A stretch of 64,000 nucleotides of DNA from IMG/VR virus record IMGVR_UViG_3300036944_001324, positions 207,655 to 271,654 of that record, one strand, 5' to 3'. The notes under the pieces were generated by a model. The model worked only from the letters and a program-made list of their open reading frames with translations, searched no databases and had not been told where the DNA came from. The first letter of the stretch is position 1. Each line of letters opens with the position of its first letter. Positions 47,446-57,058 of the stretch are shown one piece after another. A program made the translations under genes and the position numbers.

Positions 47446-48525
47446 ATGACCACCAAACGCCTCGCTATCCCCAATACCGCCATCCTCACGAACATCGACG
47501 AAAACGATGGAATCGACGTGATGCGTCTCTGCTTTGAAGATCCAGAGAAGGACATGAAGGTCATCTACCACAAAGACTGCTTGGACGGCACGGTTGCCTC
47601 TCTTGTAGCTTGGCTGATGAGCGAAAGCAAATGCGATGTGTTACCTATGTCGTACCAAGACACAGTTCACGATGATCTCCTGAGCGCCGAAAAACTCTAC
47701 GTGATTGTCATGGTGGATTTCTGTCTTCCACCAGACGTTCTCAAAGCGCTGGCCGCTCACGGCCATGACGTGATTGTTATCGATCACCATGGCTCAGCCA
47801 TCGACAAGATCATGGCTATCCCGAAGGAAGAGACCAATTTCTGGTACTTCCTGGCTTCCGATAACTTGGCGATGACGAACGAGCAAAAGCAGTCTGGCGG
47901 CAGTCTCGCTTTAAAGTTCTTCCAATACATCAATGTCTACAACAGTGCGATGTGTAAAGACGGTGGGTTGGAGCGGCTCGTATCACTGGCGCGTGAGCAC
48001 GATCTGTGGCTGCATGGCGGCGATCCTTCTACCGACGCCATGGCGCTGGCTTACTGGCATAAGAACAAGTGCTTCGAAGACTTGCAACAGATCTGGCACG
48101 ATACCAACCTCACGGTAGAAGCCGTCGACGAACTGGTGGCCGAAGGTCGTGTGCATTTGGACAAAGCGGTCTCTGAAATCAACGAAGTGATCAAATGTGG
48201 TTGCTTGGTTGAAATCAACGGTAACCGGGCATGGTTGTTCTACTGCGAACGTGCTTACACCTCGCTGGCCGGCTCGATTGTCAATCGAATTTACGATATC
48301 GCTATCTCCTTCTACAAGGAAGGCGACAAGTTCAAGATGAGCATCCGCACCGCCGACGGTTCTTTTGCGGACGCGAGTAAGCTCGCCGCCGTCTACGGTG
48401 GAGGCGGGCATAAGCACGCTGCGGGTTTCTACACGGATGTCTATCCCGCTGTGCTCCTCAAGCGTTCACCACCCCCACCTGTTGCTTTGGCACCTAATGT
48501 GGTAATCAACCCCAACCAAGCCTAA
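47446..48525 (+). CDS. DHH/DHHA1 phosphoesterase
   Basis: YHKDCLDG, VMVDF, VIDHHGS, REHDLW, GGGHKHAAGF. Confidence 0.9.
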   Translation: MTTKRLAIPNTAILTNIDENDGIDVMRLCFEDPEKDMKVIYHKDCLDGTVASLVAWLMSESKCDVLPMSYQDTVHDDLLSAEKLYVIVMVDFCLPPDVLKALAAHGHDVIVIDHHGSAIDKIMAIPKEETNFWYFLASDNLAMTNEQKQSGGSLALKFFQYINVYNSAMCKDGGLERLVSLAREHDLWLHGGDPSTDAMALAYWHKNKCFEDLQQIWHDTNLTVEAVDELVAEGRVHLDKAVSEINEVIKCGCLVEINGNRAWLFYCERAYTSLAGSIVNRIYDIAISFYKEGDKFKMSIRTADGSFADASKLAAVYGGGGHKHAAGFYTDVYPAVLLKRSPPPPVALAPNVVINPNQA

Positions 48526-48527
48526 AC

Positions 48528-48565
48528 GGCATAAACGAGGGGCAGTGAAGTCCCTCGTATTTTTA
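48528..48565 (+). terminator. hairpin terminator
   Basis: GGCATAA ACGAGGG...CCCTCGT ATTTTT. Confidence 0.7.
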
Positions 48566-48576
48566 GAAAGAAAATC

Positions 48577-49182
48577 ATGGGTCACACCACTGGTATTTTG
48601 TTTGACTTGACCTTCAAGTCTGACACCCCTGAAACGATACTGGACGTGTTCCGGCATCTCGTATTCTGTCCGGAATACCTAGGCAGCTATAATTACATCA
48701 GCGAATCACAACGCGCCTTCAACCAACTACTCATGCGTTGTCCTGAGACTGTGGTTGGTCCGTTGTTCCATCCAGAGACTAAACTCAACGAGAAACTGTT
48801 GATTTTCACGACCTGTCTGAATCACAACATCAATGGTTGGAACGGTCGGGACTTCAACGAGGAAACACGTCGCTTTCGCTCGGCCGGCGATTGCAAGCTC
48901 CAGGAATACGGTGACATCGTCGACATCCTTGACGTGTTTACCCCGTACCTCGTCCTGAAGGACACCGGCACGATCTGTGCCAGGTCGCTACACGAACACG
49001 ACTCACAAGAAACAGTCTATTGGTTTGACCATATTGGTTTTTGTGCTAGTGGAGGCTACCGGTATGACAGTCGTGACAAGAACTACCCCAATCGAGAAAA
49101 GCGACCAGATCGCTGGATTCTCGACGGCCCTTTCCAACCACCCATGGACTTCCTCGTCTTGCAGCGGGCAGGTCTGAATTAG
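48577..49182 (+). CDS. hypothetical protein
   Basis: 201-aa ORF. Confidence 0.7.
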   Translation: MGHTTGILFDLTFKSDTPETILDVFRHLVFCPEYLGSYNYISESQRAFNQLLMRCPETVVGPLFHPETKLNEKLLIFTTCLNHNINGWNGRDFNEETRRFRSAGDCKLQEYGDIVDILDVFTPYLVLKDTGTICARSLHEHDSQETVYWFDHIGFCASGGYRYDSRDKNYPNREKRPDRWILDGPFQPPMDFLVLQRAGLN

Positions 49183-49193
49183 GGAACAACGAA

Positions 49194-49760
49194 ATGACTA
49201 AGAAACCAGTTATCGAATTTCAAAAACTCTCCCCAGGAATTTACAAGATATTGTCACAGCCTGGGTTTAGTGGCGCTATCATGGATTGGGGTGGTGCTTC
49301 AGCAGCGCAATTGCCTCAGAAGTTCATGCCGATCGTTCGTACTTCCCTGCCAGCTACCTTTAAGTTTGAGCTGGTAGAGGACGGTGTTCTCTACAAACAC
49401 GTCCTGGTAACACAACAGAATGTACCTGGTTGGGACGATATCCCCCAAAAACCAAAGCTGTTCTTCCACACCTATCCAGACGCGCTCGCTTACGTTAGTC
49501 GAATCAACAATCCGCTGGTTCAGGACCTCTTGACTAATCCGGTGTTGTTGGATCAAGCCGCTGGGTTTATCGATAGCTGCGCGCCCGGTACAGACATCGC
49601 CAAGGAACTGCGCGCTGTAGCAAGAGCTCTGCATGACGGCAAGCCTTACGCAATCTGCTCTAATGATGATTGCGTTTGGTCTGATCACGTCGATGTTCAG
49701 GAGATTGTCGATTACACCGACTGTCCTAAATGCGGGAAACTCGCCGACATCAAACGTTAA
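49194..49760 (+). CDS. repeat-domain family protein with C-terminal Zn ribbon
   Basis: FQKLSPGIYKI...GF..AI.DW; CSNDDC...CPKCG. Confidence 0.7.
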   Translation: MTKKPVIEFQKLSPGIYKILSQPGFSGAIMDWGGASAAQLPQKFMPIVRTSLPATFKFELVEDGVLYKHVLVTQQNVPGWDDIPQKPKLFFHTYPDALAYVSRINNPLVQDLLTNPVLLDQAAGFIDSCAPGTDIAKELRAVARALHDGKPYAICSNDDCVWSDHVDVQEIVDYTDCPKCGKLADIKR

Positions 49761-49785
49761 CACCGTACAAAAGAAAGAGGGAAGC

Positions 49786-50256
49786 ATGACAACACTCGTC
49801 CTGAAATTGATGGCCACTGATGAAGCGCCATTCAGCAAAGAAAAACGTGACGCTGAATTCAAGCTGATCAAGACCGCGCTCAGCGAGATGGTGCACGGGC
49901 GCGGCACCTTCCAACACGTCCAGATCATCGCCAACGCGCTGAACTACGTCCACTGCTTCAATGCCCACGGCCTCATCGGTGAGGACATTGAGGAAACCCA
50001 TGGTGCAGCGGCCAAAGCCTTGGCAGAAGTGACCAAGAAGTTCCCCTACACCATCACCTGGGATCAATACGAAAAGATCCAAGTGGTGATGGGTTACTGG
50101 TCTGACATCCTGGAAGCCGCTACAGAAAACCTCGTGCGCAGCATCCAGCACGAAGTAGAAACAACCAGCGAAGCGGCTCAAGCTCGGCGCAGTGTCGAAC
50201 GTTTGCGTGGCTCTCGTCGTTCTCACCGTAAACCAAAAAAGAAAGCGAAGAAGTAA
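49786..50256 (+). CDS. helical phage protein with basic C-terminal tail
   Basis: GAGGG RBS; GRGTFQH...ANALN; KPKKKAKK tail. Confidence 0.7.
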   Translation: MTTLVLKLMATDEAPFSKEKRDAEFKLIKTALSEMVHGRGTFQHVQIIANALNYVHCFNAHGLIGEDIEETHGAAAKALAEVTKKFPYTITWDQYEKIQVVMGYWSDILEAATENLVRSIQHEVETTSEAAQARRSVERLRGSRRSHRKPKKKAKK

Positions 50257-50258
50257 TC

Positions 50259-50840
50259 ATGAACACAGAATCACAATTCGAACACTTGAATCGTCACAAG
50301 TACTTCGTTAAGTCAGAGCAGGGTATTCACGACGCGCTACAGCACTGGGTGAAGAACGTCTGCAGTTCGATTTACCTCATGGAAGGCGTATATATCAAAG
50401 GCGTCAACTTTGAACTGAGGGATGAATTTCTTCCTGCTGTCATCGCTTTTTCTCGGCTGCCTCATCATCCGGACAGTTCCGTTACCAACGTCGTTGTGTT
50501 CCGTTTTCCCGATGTTGTCGACGTCGACCGACACAAGTCAGTCGTGAGCATCGAGGTCGCAGCAACGAAGTTAACCGACGGTTACTACGTCGGTGACAAC
50601 ATGTACGTAGTGATGGTCGAGAGTGGCGTACTTGCGGCTGCTGCCCACTTTGCTGCTTATCAAAATCGCGATGAGTTCCTGCCTTGCGAAATCGTCAAAG
50701 AGATGATTTACCCAAGGATGATGAGTTTCCATTCTGAAGATGAAGACGGCTACGTCTCAGTCAACAGCGTGCAGCTCCCTGCAAACTTCAACGGCACCCT
50801 GGATCAATTAGCTCAACAGATCATCGAGACTCCCGTATGA
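50259..50840 (+). CDS. repeat-domain family protein
   Basis: FEHLNRHKYFVKSEQGIHDALQHW. Confidence 0.7.
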   Translation: MNTESQFEHLNRHKYFVKSEQGIHDALQHWVKNVCSSIYLMEGVYIKGVNFELRDEFLPAVIAFSRLPHHPDSSVTNVVVFRFPDVVDVDRHKSVVSIEVAATKLTDGYYVGDNMYVVMVESGVLAAAAHFAAYQNRDEFLPCEIVKEMIYPRMMSFHSEDEDGYVSVNSVQLPANFNGTLDQLAQQIIETPV

Positions 50841-50895
50841 GTGACCTACTTTACATCGCCCTGAGTGCAAACCCTTACAGCAAGGATCAAACAAA

Positions 50896-51393
50896 ATGCC
50901 ATCTAATTCGCTACCACCATTCGAATACGAGCACGCATCCCACATTGCACGCAACGCTTACATTATCCGTACGCGTGCAGGGTTTGAGCAAGCTTTGCGC
51001 CACTGGCATGGTGAGATGACCTCAGTGTTGTTGGTCTCCAAAACACAAGGGTATCCTGCCAAGTATCCTGCCCTTGTCCACTTCACCGATGGTGAAATCG
51101 GCTACTTCGGTTTCGATGCGAAGAATTTCCATCCCATCGATACCCGTCACGTCACCGTTAATTGTTCGCACATTCCCTTCGAAAAAGTGAGTGACGGCGT
51201 TTATCGCATCCTTACACCACACGGCGTTGCCCAAGCCCTCGGTGATTGGGTAGGTCCAGAGTACCGTAACAGGTCTGCTCTCTACAAGTACGTTAACGGC
51301 GTGCCGCGAACGTTCCCAACAGTACTCAAGTTCGAGCGCCTTGATGAACCAATGCCTAAAGTGATCATCTCCATCATCAACACATCCGACTGA
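50896..51393 (+). CDS. repeat-domain family protein (two internal copies)
   Basis: NAYIIRTRAGFEQALRHW..YPAKYPALVHF and GVYRILTPHGVAQALGDW..PRTFPTVLKF. Confidence 0.75.
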   Translation: MPSNSLPPFEYEHASHIARNAYIIRTRAGFEQALRHWHGEMTSVLLVSKTQGYPAKYPALVHFTDGEIGYFGFDAKNFHPIDTRHVTVNCSHIPFEKVSDGVYRILTPHGVAQALGDWVGPEYRNRSALYKYVNGVPRTFPTVLKFERLDEPMPKVIISIINTSD

Positions 51394-51394
51394 A

Positions 51395-51742
51395 ATGAAA
51401 AAGCTCCTACTCTTTCTCTGTTTGTTCTTTCCTGTCCTTTCCATAGGCCAGACGAGCACCGATACCAACTCTGTGCTCAAGGCTTCTAAAAGCCTCGACG
51501 GCGTTATTGTGAGGTGGCAGTTATTTTACGGTCCCCGTAATAACTGCGCTGGCAGCCCTTGTGACCCCGGTGGTGAGAATGTTCACTATGTTGTCGTCAT
51601 AGACACCAAAGAAGGTGTATTTAGTGTGCGTCAATTACTTCGCCCTGTTCGGCAAGGCATGTTCGCTTCCAATTCCGGTCAGGGAGAAAAGGCGACACTC
51701 CATCAGTTTCCCGATGGCTCGATAGTCGTATTGGAAAAGTAG
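51395..51742 (+). CDS. secreted/periplasmic protein
   Basis: MKKLLLFLCLFFPVLSIG signal peptide. Confidence 0.7.
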   Translation: MKKLLLFLCLFFPVLSIGQTSTDTNSVLKASKSLDGVIVRWQLFYGPRNNCAGSPCDPGGENVHYVVVIDTKEGVFSVRQLLRPVRQGMFASNSGQGEKATLHQFPDGSIVVLEK

Positions 51743-51750
51743 TAACATTC

Positions 51751-52242
51751 ATGTCTACAAACCACCCACTCCCTAATTACGAACATGTAGGTGGAAACAT
51801 CTACATCGTCAGAACCCAAGCAGGGTTCAGACAAGCTCGCAGACATTGGGGAGATTGCATCTCTGGTATGGAAGGGAATGATGGCGACAGCTATCCGACC
51901 AGTTACCCCTCCCTTGTTACTTTCAGTGCGGAGTATCGAGGCTACCATTACACGCACGTTCACGCCGTTCATCTGAACAAGGCTTTTCCCATCATCAATA
52001 AACACCAGGCTATTCAAATGGAAGACAACACAACCGAACAACAAAAACCTTACCGCGTCTGCGCTAACCTGGACCAGCTCCAGAAAATCGGCCTGGACAA
52101 AAAGCATCCATGGACTCGTCAATATCCAGACAAGCTTCCCAATAGCGTGGTCTGCTGGTTTGCTACCAAAGAAGAAGCCATCGAGGTATACAACACGCTC
52201 TGGCGTCAGAAGCTCGTGACCTTCCGTAACTGGCTCGACTGA
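51751..52242 (+). CDS. repeat-domain family protein
   Basis: YEHVGGNIYIVRTQAGFRQARRHW..YPTSYPSLVTF. Confidence 0.75.
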   Translation: MSTNHPLPNYEHVGGNIYIVRTQAGFRQARRHWGDCISGMEGNDGDSYPTSYPSLVTFSAEYRGYHYTHVHAVHLNKAFPIINKHQAIQMEDNTTEQQKPYRVCANLDQLQKIGLDKKHPWTRQYPDKLPNSVVCWFATKEEAIEVYNTLWRQKLVTFRNWLD

Positions 52243-52285
52243 ACATTTTCCGACTTCAGAGAGCCGCCAAGATGTGTCGTAGAAG

Positions 52286-52642
52286 GTGGTCCAATTGGTT
52301 AAGCAAATAAACTCCATCATTATCACGGTGGTGAATCTCAAAAACAATCCACCTCCTGGAACAATACGTTGCGGTCGGCCTACTCCCCTTGGAAATCCTT
52401 TTCCGATGAAGAGCGAGGCCGATCGTGATAACGTCTGCGATAACTATCGCAGCTACTACTATCAAAAGAAAGCGCAGAGCGATCCCGCAATGGGTGAGAT
52501 GTTTTGTTGTCTCATGGATCACGCCATTGCTACCGGTGTTTTGAACATCGGTTGTTTTTGTGCTCCCGCTCGCTGTCACCTTGACACTGTCAAAGAAGAC
52601 CTCATCTACGAGCTTACTAAGCTCGGTTTCACTGTTTCCTAA
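52286..52642 (+). CDS. DUF4326 family protein (start uncertain)
   Basis: CGRPTPLGNPF...IGCFCAPARCH. Confidence 0.8.
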   Translation: MVQLVKQINSIIITVVNLKNNPPPGTIRCGRPTPLGNPFPMKSEADRDNVCDNYRSYYYQKKAQSDPAMGEMFCCLMDHAIATGVLNIGCFCAPARCHLDTVKEDLIYELTKLGFTVS

Positions 52643-52660
52643 CAACAACCCCAAATCAAA

Positions 52661-52951
52661 ATGAGCAATACTCCAGCCCAACAAAGCCTCGCAGACAACA
52701 CCCTCACGCATGAAGATCAGCAAATCGTCCGGGATTTCTGTGATTTGATAGAAGCCCGAATGGTCGCTGGTGCCATCAAGGGTTGGCGGGACTGGCAAAA
52801 CAACGTCGATTTTCCAGATTCCAAACTTCTGAGCTTGCTGTACAAAGCACTGCATGAAGGTGATTGGGGGAGCGTGGCAGCGTACGCCATGATGGCCCAG
52901 GCCCGCGGTCTGGAAACGGGAGCTGTTGCAACTGAAAAAGGACGTAACTAG
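52661..52951 (+). CDS. small all-alpha protein, possibly MazG/dNTP-pyrophosphatase-like
   Basis: KGWRDW...LHEGDWGSVAAYAMMAQARG pattern. Confidence 0.45.
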   Translation: MSNTPAQQSLADNTLTHEDQQIVRDFCDLIEARMVAGAIKGWRDWQNNVDFPDSKLLSLLYKALHEGDWGSVAAYAMMAQARGLETGAVATEKGRN

Positions 52952-52953
52952 AA

Positions 52954-53199
52954 ATGGCTCTTCGCGCTTCATCCATTGAACGCTACAAATCAGCGTTTCC
53001 CGCCACCAAGCCTGAATTGGCTGAACGTCTCGGTGTCACCATCGGTCGCGCACAGCAGATCGTGGACGCCTTGAAAGAAGCCAAGCTGGTGGAAGAATCT
53101 GGTCACACCATCAACGGAGCAGGCGGCCTGGTGCAACGCTTTGCTTTGGTGGGACAACCCGCACCTGAAAACAATCTCGACATCAAGGACAAGCCATGA
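52954..53199 (+). CDS. winged helix-turn-helix DNA-binding protein
   Basis: TKPELAERLGVTIGRAQQIVDALKEAKLVEESG. Confidence 0.75.
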   Translation: MALRASSIERYKSAFPATKPELAERLGVTIGRAQQIVDALKEAKLVEESGHTINGAGGLVQRFALVGQPAPENNLDIKDKP

Positions 53200-53885
53200 A
53201 AAAGAAAACTGCCAAACCTACCGTGAACCGTGAAACGTTCATCTGGAACGTTGTTCAACACGCACAAGAACTGGGTAAGCGCCCCATCGTCAACAAGAAC
53301 GACCTGGTCTTCCCAGAACACGAACTGCAAACCATCAACTCATTGCACGAACGGGTTCTCTCGCTCATCGCGCAGTTCGAGATCGGCGCAAGTGTTTTCG
53401 ACAATGAAGCCAAGCCAGTCGATTTGAACCTGGTCTTGAACTGGGATCACTTCATTATGACTGATTTGGTGGAGCGTTCGCAGCGCTACACGGCGCGCAG
53501 TTTCTACTACGCCCGTGCCTTCCATGAAGTCATCGGTATTGCTGTGGCCGTCGCGGATGCATTCCTCGGCCTGATGGACGCACCAGCCACCATGGACTAC
53601 GCACCCAATATGCAAATCCACGGCTCCGGTGACAAAGGCAAGCCAATCACCTGGATCGCTCGTGTCAAAACCACGGCTGAGGCCTACCACCATGCGCGTT
53701 TCGAATACACAGCGCAAGCTTTCCTGAAAAAGCTGCGCACGGTAAGCCTGGATGCCCCTGAGCTCGGTGACGAACACCACCGCCAGATCCATGAGTTCAT
53801 GATGGATGCCCTCGGCGTCATGTCTGTGGCCGTTTGTGTTTCCAAGATCTACTCCGACAAGAAGTGGGTCGTCTGCAAGGACTAA
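53196..53885 (+). CDS. hypothetical protein
   Basis: ATGA coupling; 229 aa. Confidence 0.7.
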   Translation: MKKKTAKPTVNRETFIWNVVQHAQELGKRPIVNKNDLVFPEHELQTINSLHERVLSLIAQFEIGASVFDNEAKPVDLNLVLNWDHFIMTDLVERSQRYTARSFYYARAFHEVIGIAVAVADAFLGLMDAPATMDYAPNMQIHGSGDKGKPITWIARVKTTAEAYHHARFEYTAQAFLKKLRTVSLDAPELGDEHHRQIHEFMMDALGVMSVAVCVSKIYSDKKWVVCKD

Positions 53886-53896
53886 ACTCCCAAACA

Positions 53897-53947
53897 GCAT
53901 AAAGCCCACCAGAGCCTCTTTTGAGGTTTCTGGTGGGTAGCTATGCC
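53897..53947 (+). terminator. long hairpin terminator, CATA...TATG class
   Basis: GCATAAAG CCCACCAGA.CCTC TTTT GAGG.TTCTGGTGGG TAGCTATGCC. Confidence 0.75.
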
Positions 53948-54162
53948 TTTTGTTTTTTCGTTCCTTGTAACGCTATTTAGGGGCTTTACAGAAGGTCTTT
54001 ATTTCACGGTTCTATTGGAGCATTGACTCAAAATAACGTAACCCAGGTCAGATAGGAAGACAAGAGAACATGATATGCATTTTTGAACACCTTCGATAAA
54101 TAAGCGTGTCAAAGATCCTCAGAATTTCCTCCTTTCATCTTCTTCTCTTTAGAGCACCACCC

Positions 54163-54444
54163 ATGCCTGAAACCTCCATCATCGCTCGCGCCCGTCACGC
54201 TTTTCGTAACCTCGCCAACGGCATGTACTTGAGCAAGCGTGAGGACGTTATCCCGTTCTTCGATCAACTCCTGCCTACCCTGGACGAACTGCCTGACGTC
54301 GTCAGCCTTGAACTGTGCGCCAAGTGGGAACAACTCAAACCCCACTACGAAGCCATCGGCGGCATCGAACAAGCCAAGACGGTCGATACCGTCTTGCGTG
54401 AGCGTGCCCTGCGTTACCTCAGCACCGCGAGCAGTATCAGCTAA
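54163..54444 (+). CDS. hypothetical protein
   Basis: ATG 54163. Confidence 0.6.
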   Translation: MPETSIIARARHAFRNLANGMYLSKREDVIPFFDQLLPTLDELPDVVSLELCAKWEQLKPHYEAIGGIEQAKTVDTVLRERALRYLSTASSIS

Positions 54445-54465
54445 AAGGCTGACCTGATAAGACAA

Positions 54466-54783
54466 GTGAAAATACTTCACAGTTTGGCTGTGATGGGTGC
54501 TGTTGTTATTGGTCTGTCGGTTGCGCAAACCAAGGCTGAAAACGAAAGCTACGAATACGACGTGCTCGAACGCGCTATTCCAGAACCCAGTGACGGTCCA
54601 TTCAAAGACAAAGACGAAGAAATCGAACACCTTCGCTCTTTAGTCGGTAAAATGCGTGATGAGATCATCAACCGCAACGATGAAATCTACATGCTGCGTG
54701 CCTCAGAGCGTCACGCTACCAAAGCAGCTGACTCCTGCACCAACGGTCAGTACAGCGATCAATTCCGGTTTAACACGAAGTGA
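54466..54783 (+). CDS. exported coiled-coil protein
   Basis: N-terminal signal/TM; heptad pattern. Confidence 0.6.
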   Translation: MKILHSLAVMGAVVIGLSVAQTKAENESYEYDVLERAIPEPSDGPFKDKDEEIEHLRSLVGKMRDEIINRNDEIYMLRASERHATKAADSCTNGQYSDQFRFNTK

Positions 54784-54790
54784 GGTAATC

Positions 54791-55459
54791 ATGGGTGCTA
54801 GTTTGCGATCTCCGTCGGTTTCCAATGTGGAACTGTTGTCTGTTCTTGAGGTCCAGATACCGCGCATCCGAGCGGCGTTTCAGCTGCACACTCCAATCAT
54901 GCTGAGTCTGACTGAGTGGGAACAAGATACCCTTACCAGCATCGACGCCAAGCTTCAAAAAAGAGACAAAACCCAAAGAACCAGTGTTGATGAAGCACTG
55001 CGTCTTTTCTCTGCTGCCAATCTTCGCAACGAATCCTTGGCTGAAAGCCAAATCGAAACAGAGCGAGCAGAACTCCTCACATGTCTGATGGTCATTCGTG
55101 AATTCTCACAAATGAAAACATCTCTGGATACTGTGCTCAACACGTACCAACTGCCTTTTAAGGCATTGGTCGATCGTGTTGTATCTCGCTCCGCAAGTTA
55201 CGCTACAGCTGATGAACTTCACCAGTACTACGGCGTCTTCACGCAGTCGGTGCGTAAGTTCGCAACCCACCTACAAACATGTCAGGAACTCGCTGGCCGG
55301 GTAATGGATTACCAACCCTTCTTCAGCGACATGGTGTCGAACATGATCGAGCTTAACTGTGCGTCAACTGACGCTTACAACGCTCTGGTCAAACTCAACC
55401 ATATCCACCACAAGAACCTCGAGTACGTCAACAGATCGTATTCCAGCGTTAACTACTAG
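54791..55459 (+). CDS. hypothetical helical protein
   Basis: GAGGT RBS; 3' end duplicated at 57078. Confidence 0.75.
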   Translation: MGASLRSPSVSNVELLSVLEVQIPRIRAAFQLHTPIMLSLTEWEQDTLTSIDAKLQKRDKTQRTSVDEALRLFSAANLRNESLAESQIETERAELLTCLMVIREFSQMKTSLDTVLNTYQLPFKALVDRVVSRSASYATADELHQYYGVFTQSVRKFATHLQTCQELAGRVMDYQPFFSDMVSNMIELNCASTDAYNALVKLNHIHHKNLEYVNRSYSSVNY

Positions 55460-55461
55460 GG

Positions 55462-55501
55462 CGACATAAGCAGGGAGCTTTCGGGCTCCCTGCTTATGTC
55501 G
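55462..55501. terminator. bidirectional terminator
   Basis: GACATAAGCAGGGAGC TTTCGG GCTCCCTGCTTATGTC, fully palindromic arms. Confidence 0.85.
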
Positions 55502-55506
55502 CTTAC

Positions 55507-55707
55507 TTAGCGAGGGTACCAAAACGACCAGAAAGCGGTAGCTTGCACTATGCATTGTCGGTGCAACGACTGTAGCGTTTTGTTCTGTCGGTGCAGCATG
55601 TGGTTAAAGTCTTCGGTTTCCCGATTGACTACATGGGAGCACGCCTTAGCACCATTGAGAATGCTGTTCTCAATGGCTTTGGTCGTCTAGTTTTTGATCC
55701 AGAGCAT
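55507..55707 (-). pseudogene. microgene paralog of 57194..57394 interrupted by TAG at codon 7
   Basis: manual translation MLWIKN*TTKAIENSILNGAKACSHVVNRETEDFNHMLHRQNKTLQSLHRQCIVQATAFWSFWYPR; same 201-nt length as paralog. Confidence 0.8.
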
Positions 55708-55718
55708 CAAACAGACCC

Positions 55719-56984
55719 TTACTTCGTGTTCTTCAAACTCCACATGTAATAACTCATCAGTGCGTCAGCTGCTTTGAAATTGTGACGATAAACCCGCTGC
55801 GCGGCGTTGACCAGTTTGAACAACAAAATCGCGTACCTGATACGATAGCGGATAAACTTGATAGGTGACGTATAAATATGCAGGGTATTGAACCAAGATG
55901 AAACCACTGGGATTAGAAAGTTTCGACGCAACTCCCAAACAAAAGGTTTCACCTGGGTGTTGAAGTAGATGAACTGTTTGTTAATGTCTTCACCGATGTT
56001 GATCAGTGTGTCAATTTCTTTTTGAATAGAAACAGACGACTTTACTTTCAACTGTAGTGACTGAGGCAAATCACTTATTTCCCAAACACTGTTGTGATGA
56101 ATTGCAGCGCGTGCGAGCGTCTTCATCATGTCCGGAAGGTTATCCGTTTGACCTTGCACAGGGTCCATTACGGTTTCTTCACCGAAAATAGCGTCAGGAC
56201 CTGTCAAAGACAGCGTACCTGGAAAGAAATGGCTTTTCTCAAACGAGGCAGTAACTCGGTCGAAGTCAACGCTACCCTTTGTTTGATTCAAGAAAGAAGA
56301 AAACGTAGAACTTACTCCGGAAAGCATCATCACCATTCCGTCCACTGGGTCTTTCATTCGGTTGACGATATCTTGCAGCTCGCCAGCTGACTTCAAAGGC
56401 GTTTTGTCGCCTTTAGTCATATGAGCGATTGTTACGCGGTTTGTAAATAGTGCGTCAGTGGGCTCCCCAGAAACAGCACCTGCTGCGTTGCGAAGTTTGA
56501 TCGCCTGATTACGCCAGGATTGTTTGGTGCGGGTGATATAGTCGATTTCTGACGTCATCCGTTTAATCAGTGTGTCCAAATCGTTACCGTATTTCTTACC
56601 CACTTCATCAGCGGCTTCCGTAGCGTAGGCTATGACTTCTTTTGCAGTCATGCGTTTACCTTCAAAACGTTCGCTTGAAATGGAACGGGTCTTCACATCG
56701 TGACGTGAAAAGATAGCGTTCAGTGTTTCTTGAGCAAGGCTGAGTGAGGCTTCACTCAGCTCTCCGTCTGGATGTTTTTCAAGAACATCAGTAATTTCGA
56801 CCACGGTATCGATGTCGTTAAGCACGCGTTCGACAACGTTTGGCGCGTGATGGCCTTCGGCATCCACCTCACCGAAGAGTTCTTGCACATCGATACCAGC
56901 AACTTCGCTGATTTCGTCGCTGGAGCCTGTGGTCAACTCCACGCTGCTCTCCAAACCGAGAGAGCGACGCATAATAGCTTTCAT
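55719..56984 (-). CDS. phiKZ-like internal head (ejection) protein, paralog 1
   Basis: acidic propeptide with S/A/G-x-E sites (GLES, AQET, ATEA), aromatic helical C-terminus; AAGGA RBS. Confidence 0.65.
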   Translation of the reverse strand: MKAIMRRSLGLESSVELTTGSSDEISEVAGIDVQELFGEVDAEGHHAPNVVERVLNDIDTVVEITDVLEKHPDGELSEASLSLAQETLNAIFSRHDVKTRSISSERFEGKRMTAKEVIAYATEAADEVGKKYGNDLDTLIKRMTSEIDYITRTKQSWRNQAIKLRNAAGAVSGEPTDALFTNRVTIAHMTKGDKTPLKSAGELQDIVNRMKDPVDGMVMMLSGVSSTFSSFLNQTKGSVDFDRVTASFEKSHFFPGTLSLTGPDAIFGEETVMDPVQGQTDNLPDMMKTLARAAIHHNSVWEISDLPQSLQLKVKSSVSIQKEIDTLINIGEDINKQFIYFNTQVKPFVWELRRNFLIPVVSSWFNTLHIYTSPIKFIRYRIRYAILLFKLVNAAQRVYRHNFKAADALMSYYMWSLKNTK

Positions 56985-57019
56985 GGAAATTCCTTGATAA
57001 AGGTTAGTAGGGATTTATT

Positions 57020-57028
57020 GCACAGGAT
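57020..57028 (-). promoter_or_regulatory. putative late promoter ATCCTGTGC
   Basis: identical 9-mer 36 nt upstream of both head-protein ATGs (also 58706..58714). Confidence 0.5.
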
Positions 57029-57058
57029 TTAGACAGTAGAAAGCGTCTCTTACAACGT

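Noticed and set aside
50837-51019. 60-aa ORF overlapping 50896..51393
   Set aside because: Mostly overlaps a gene that has clear family motifs.
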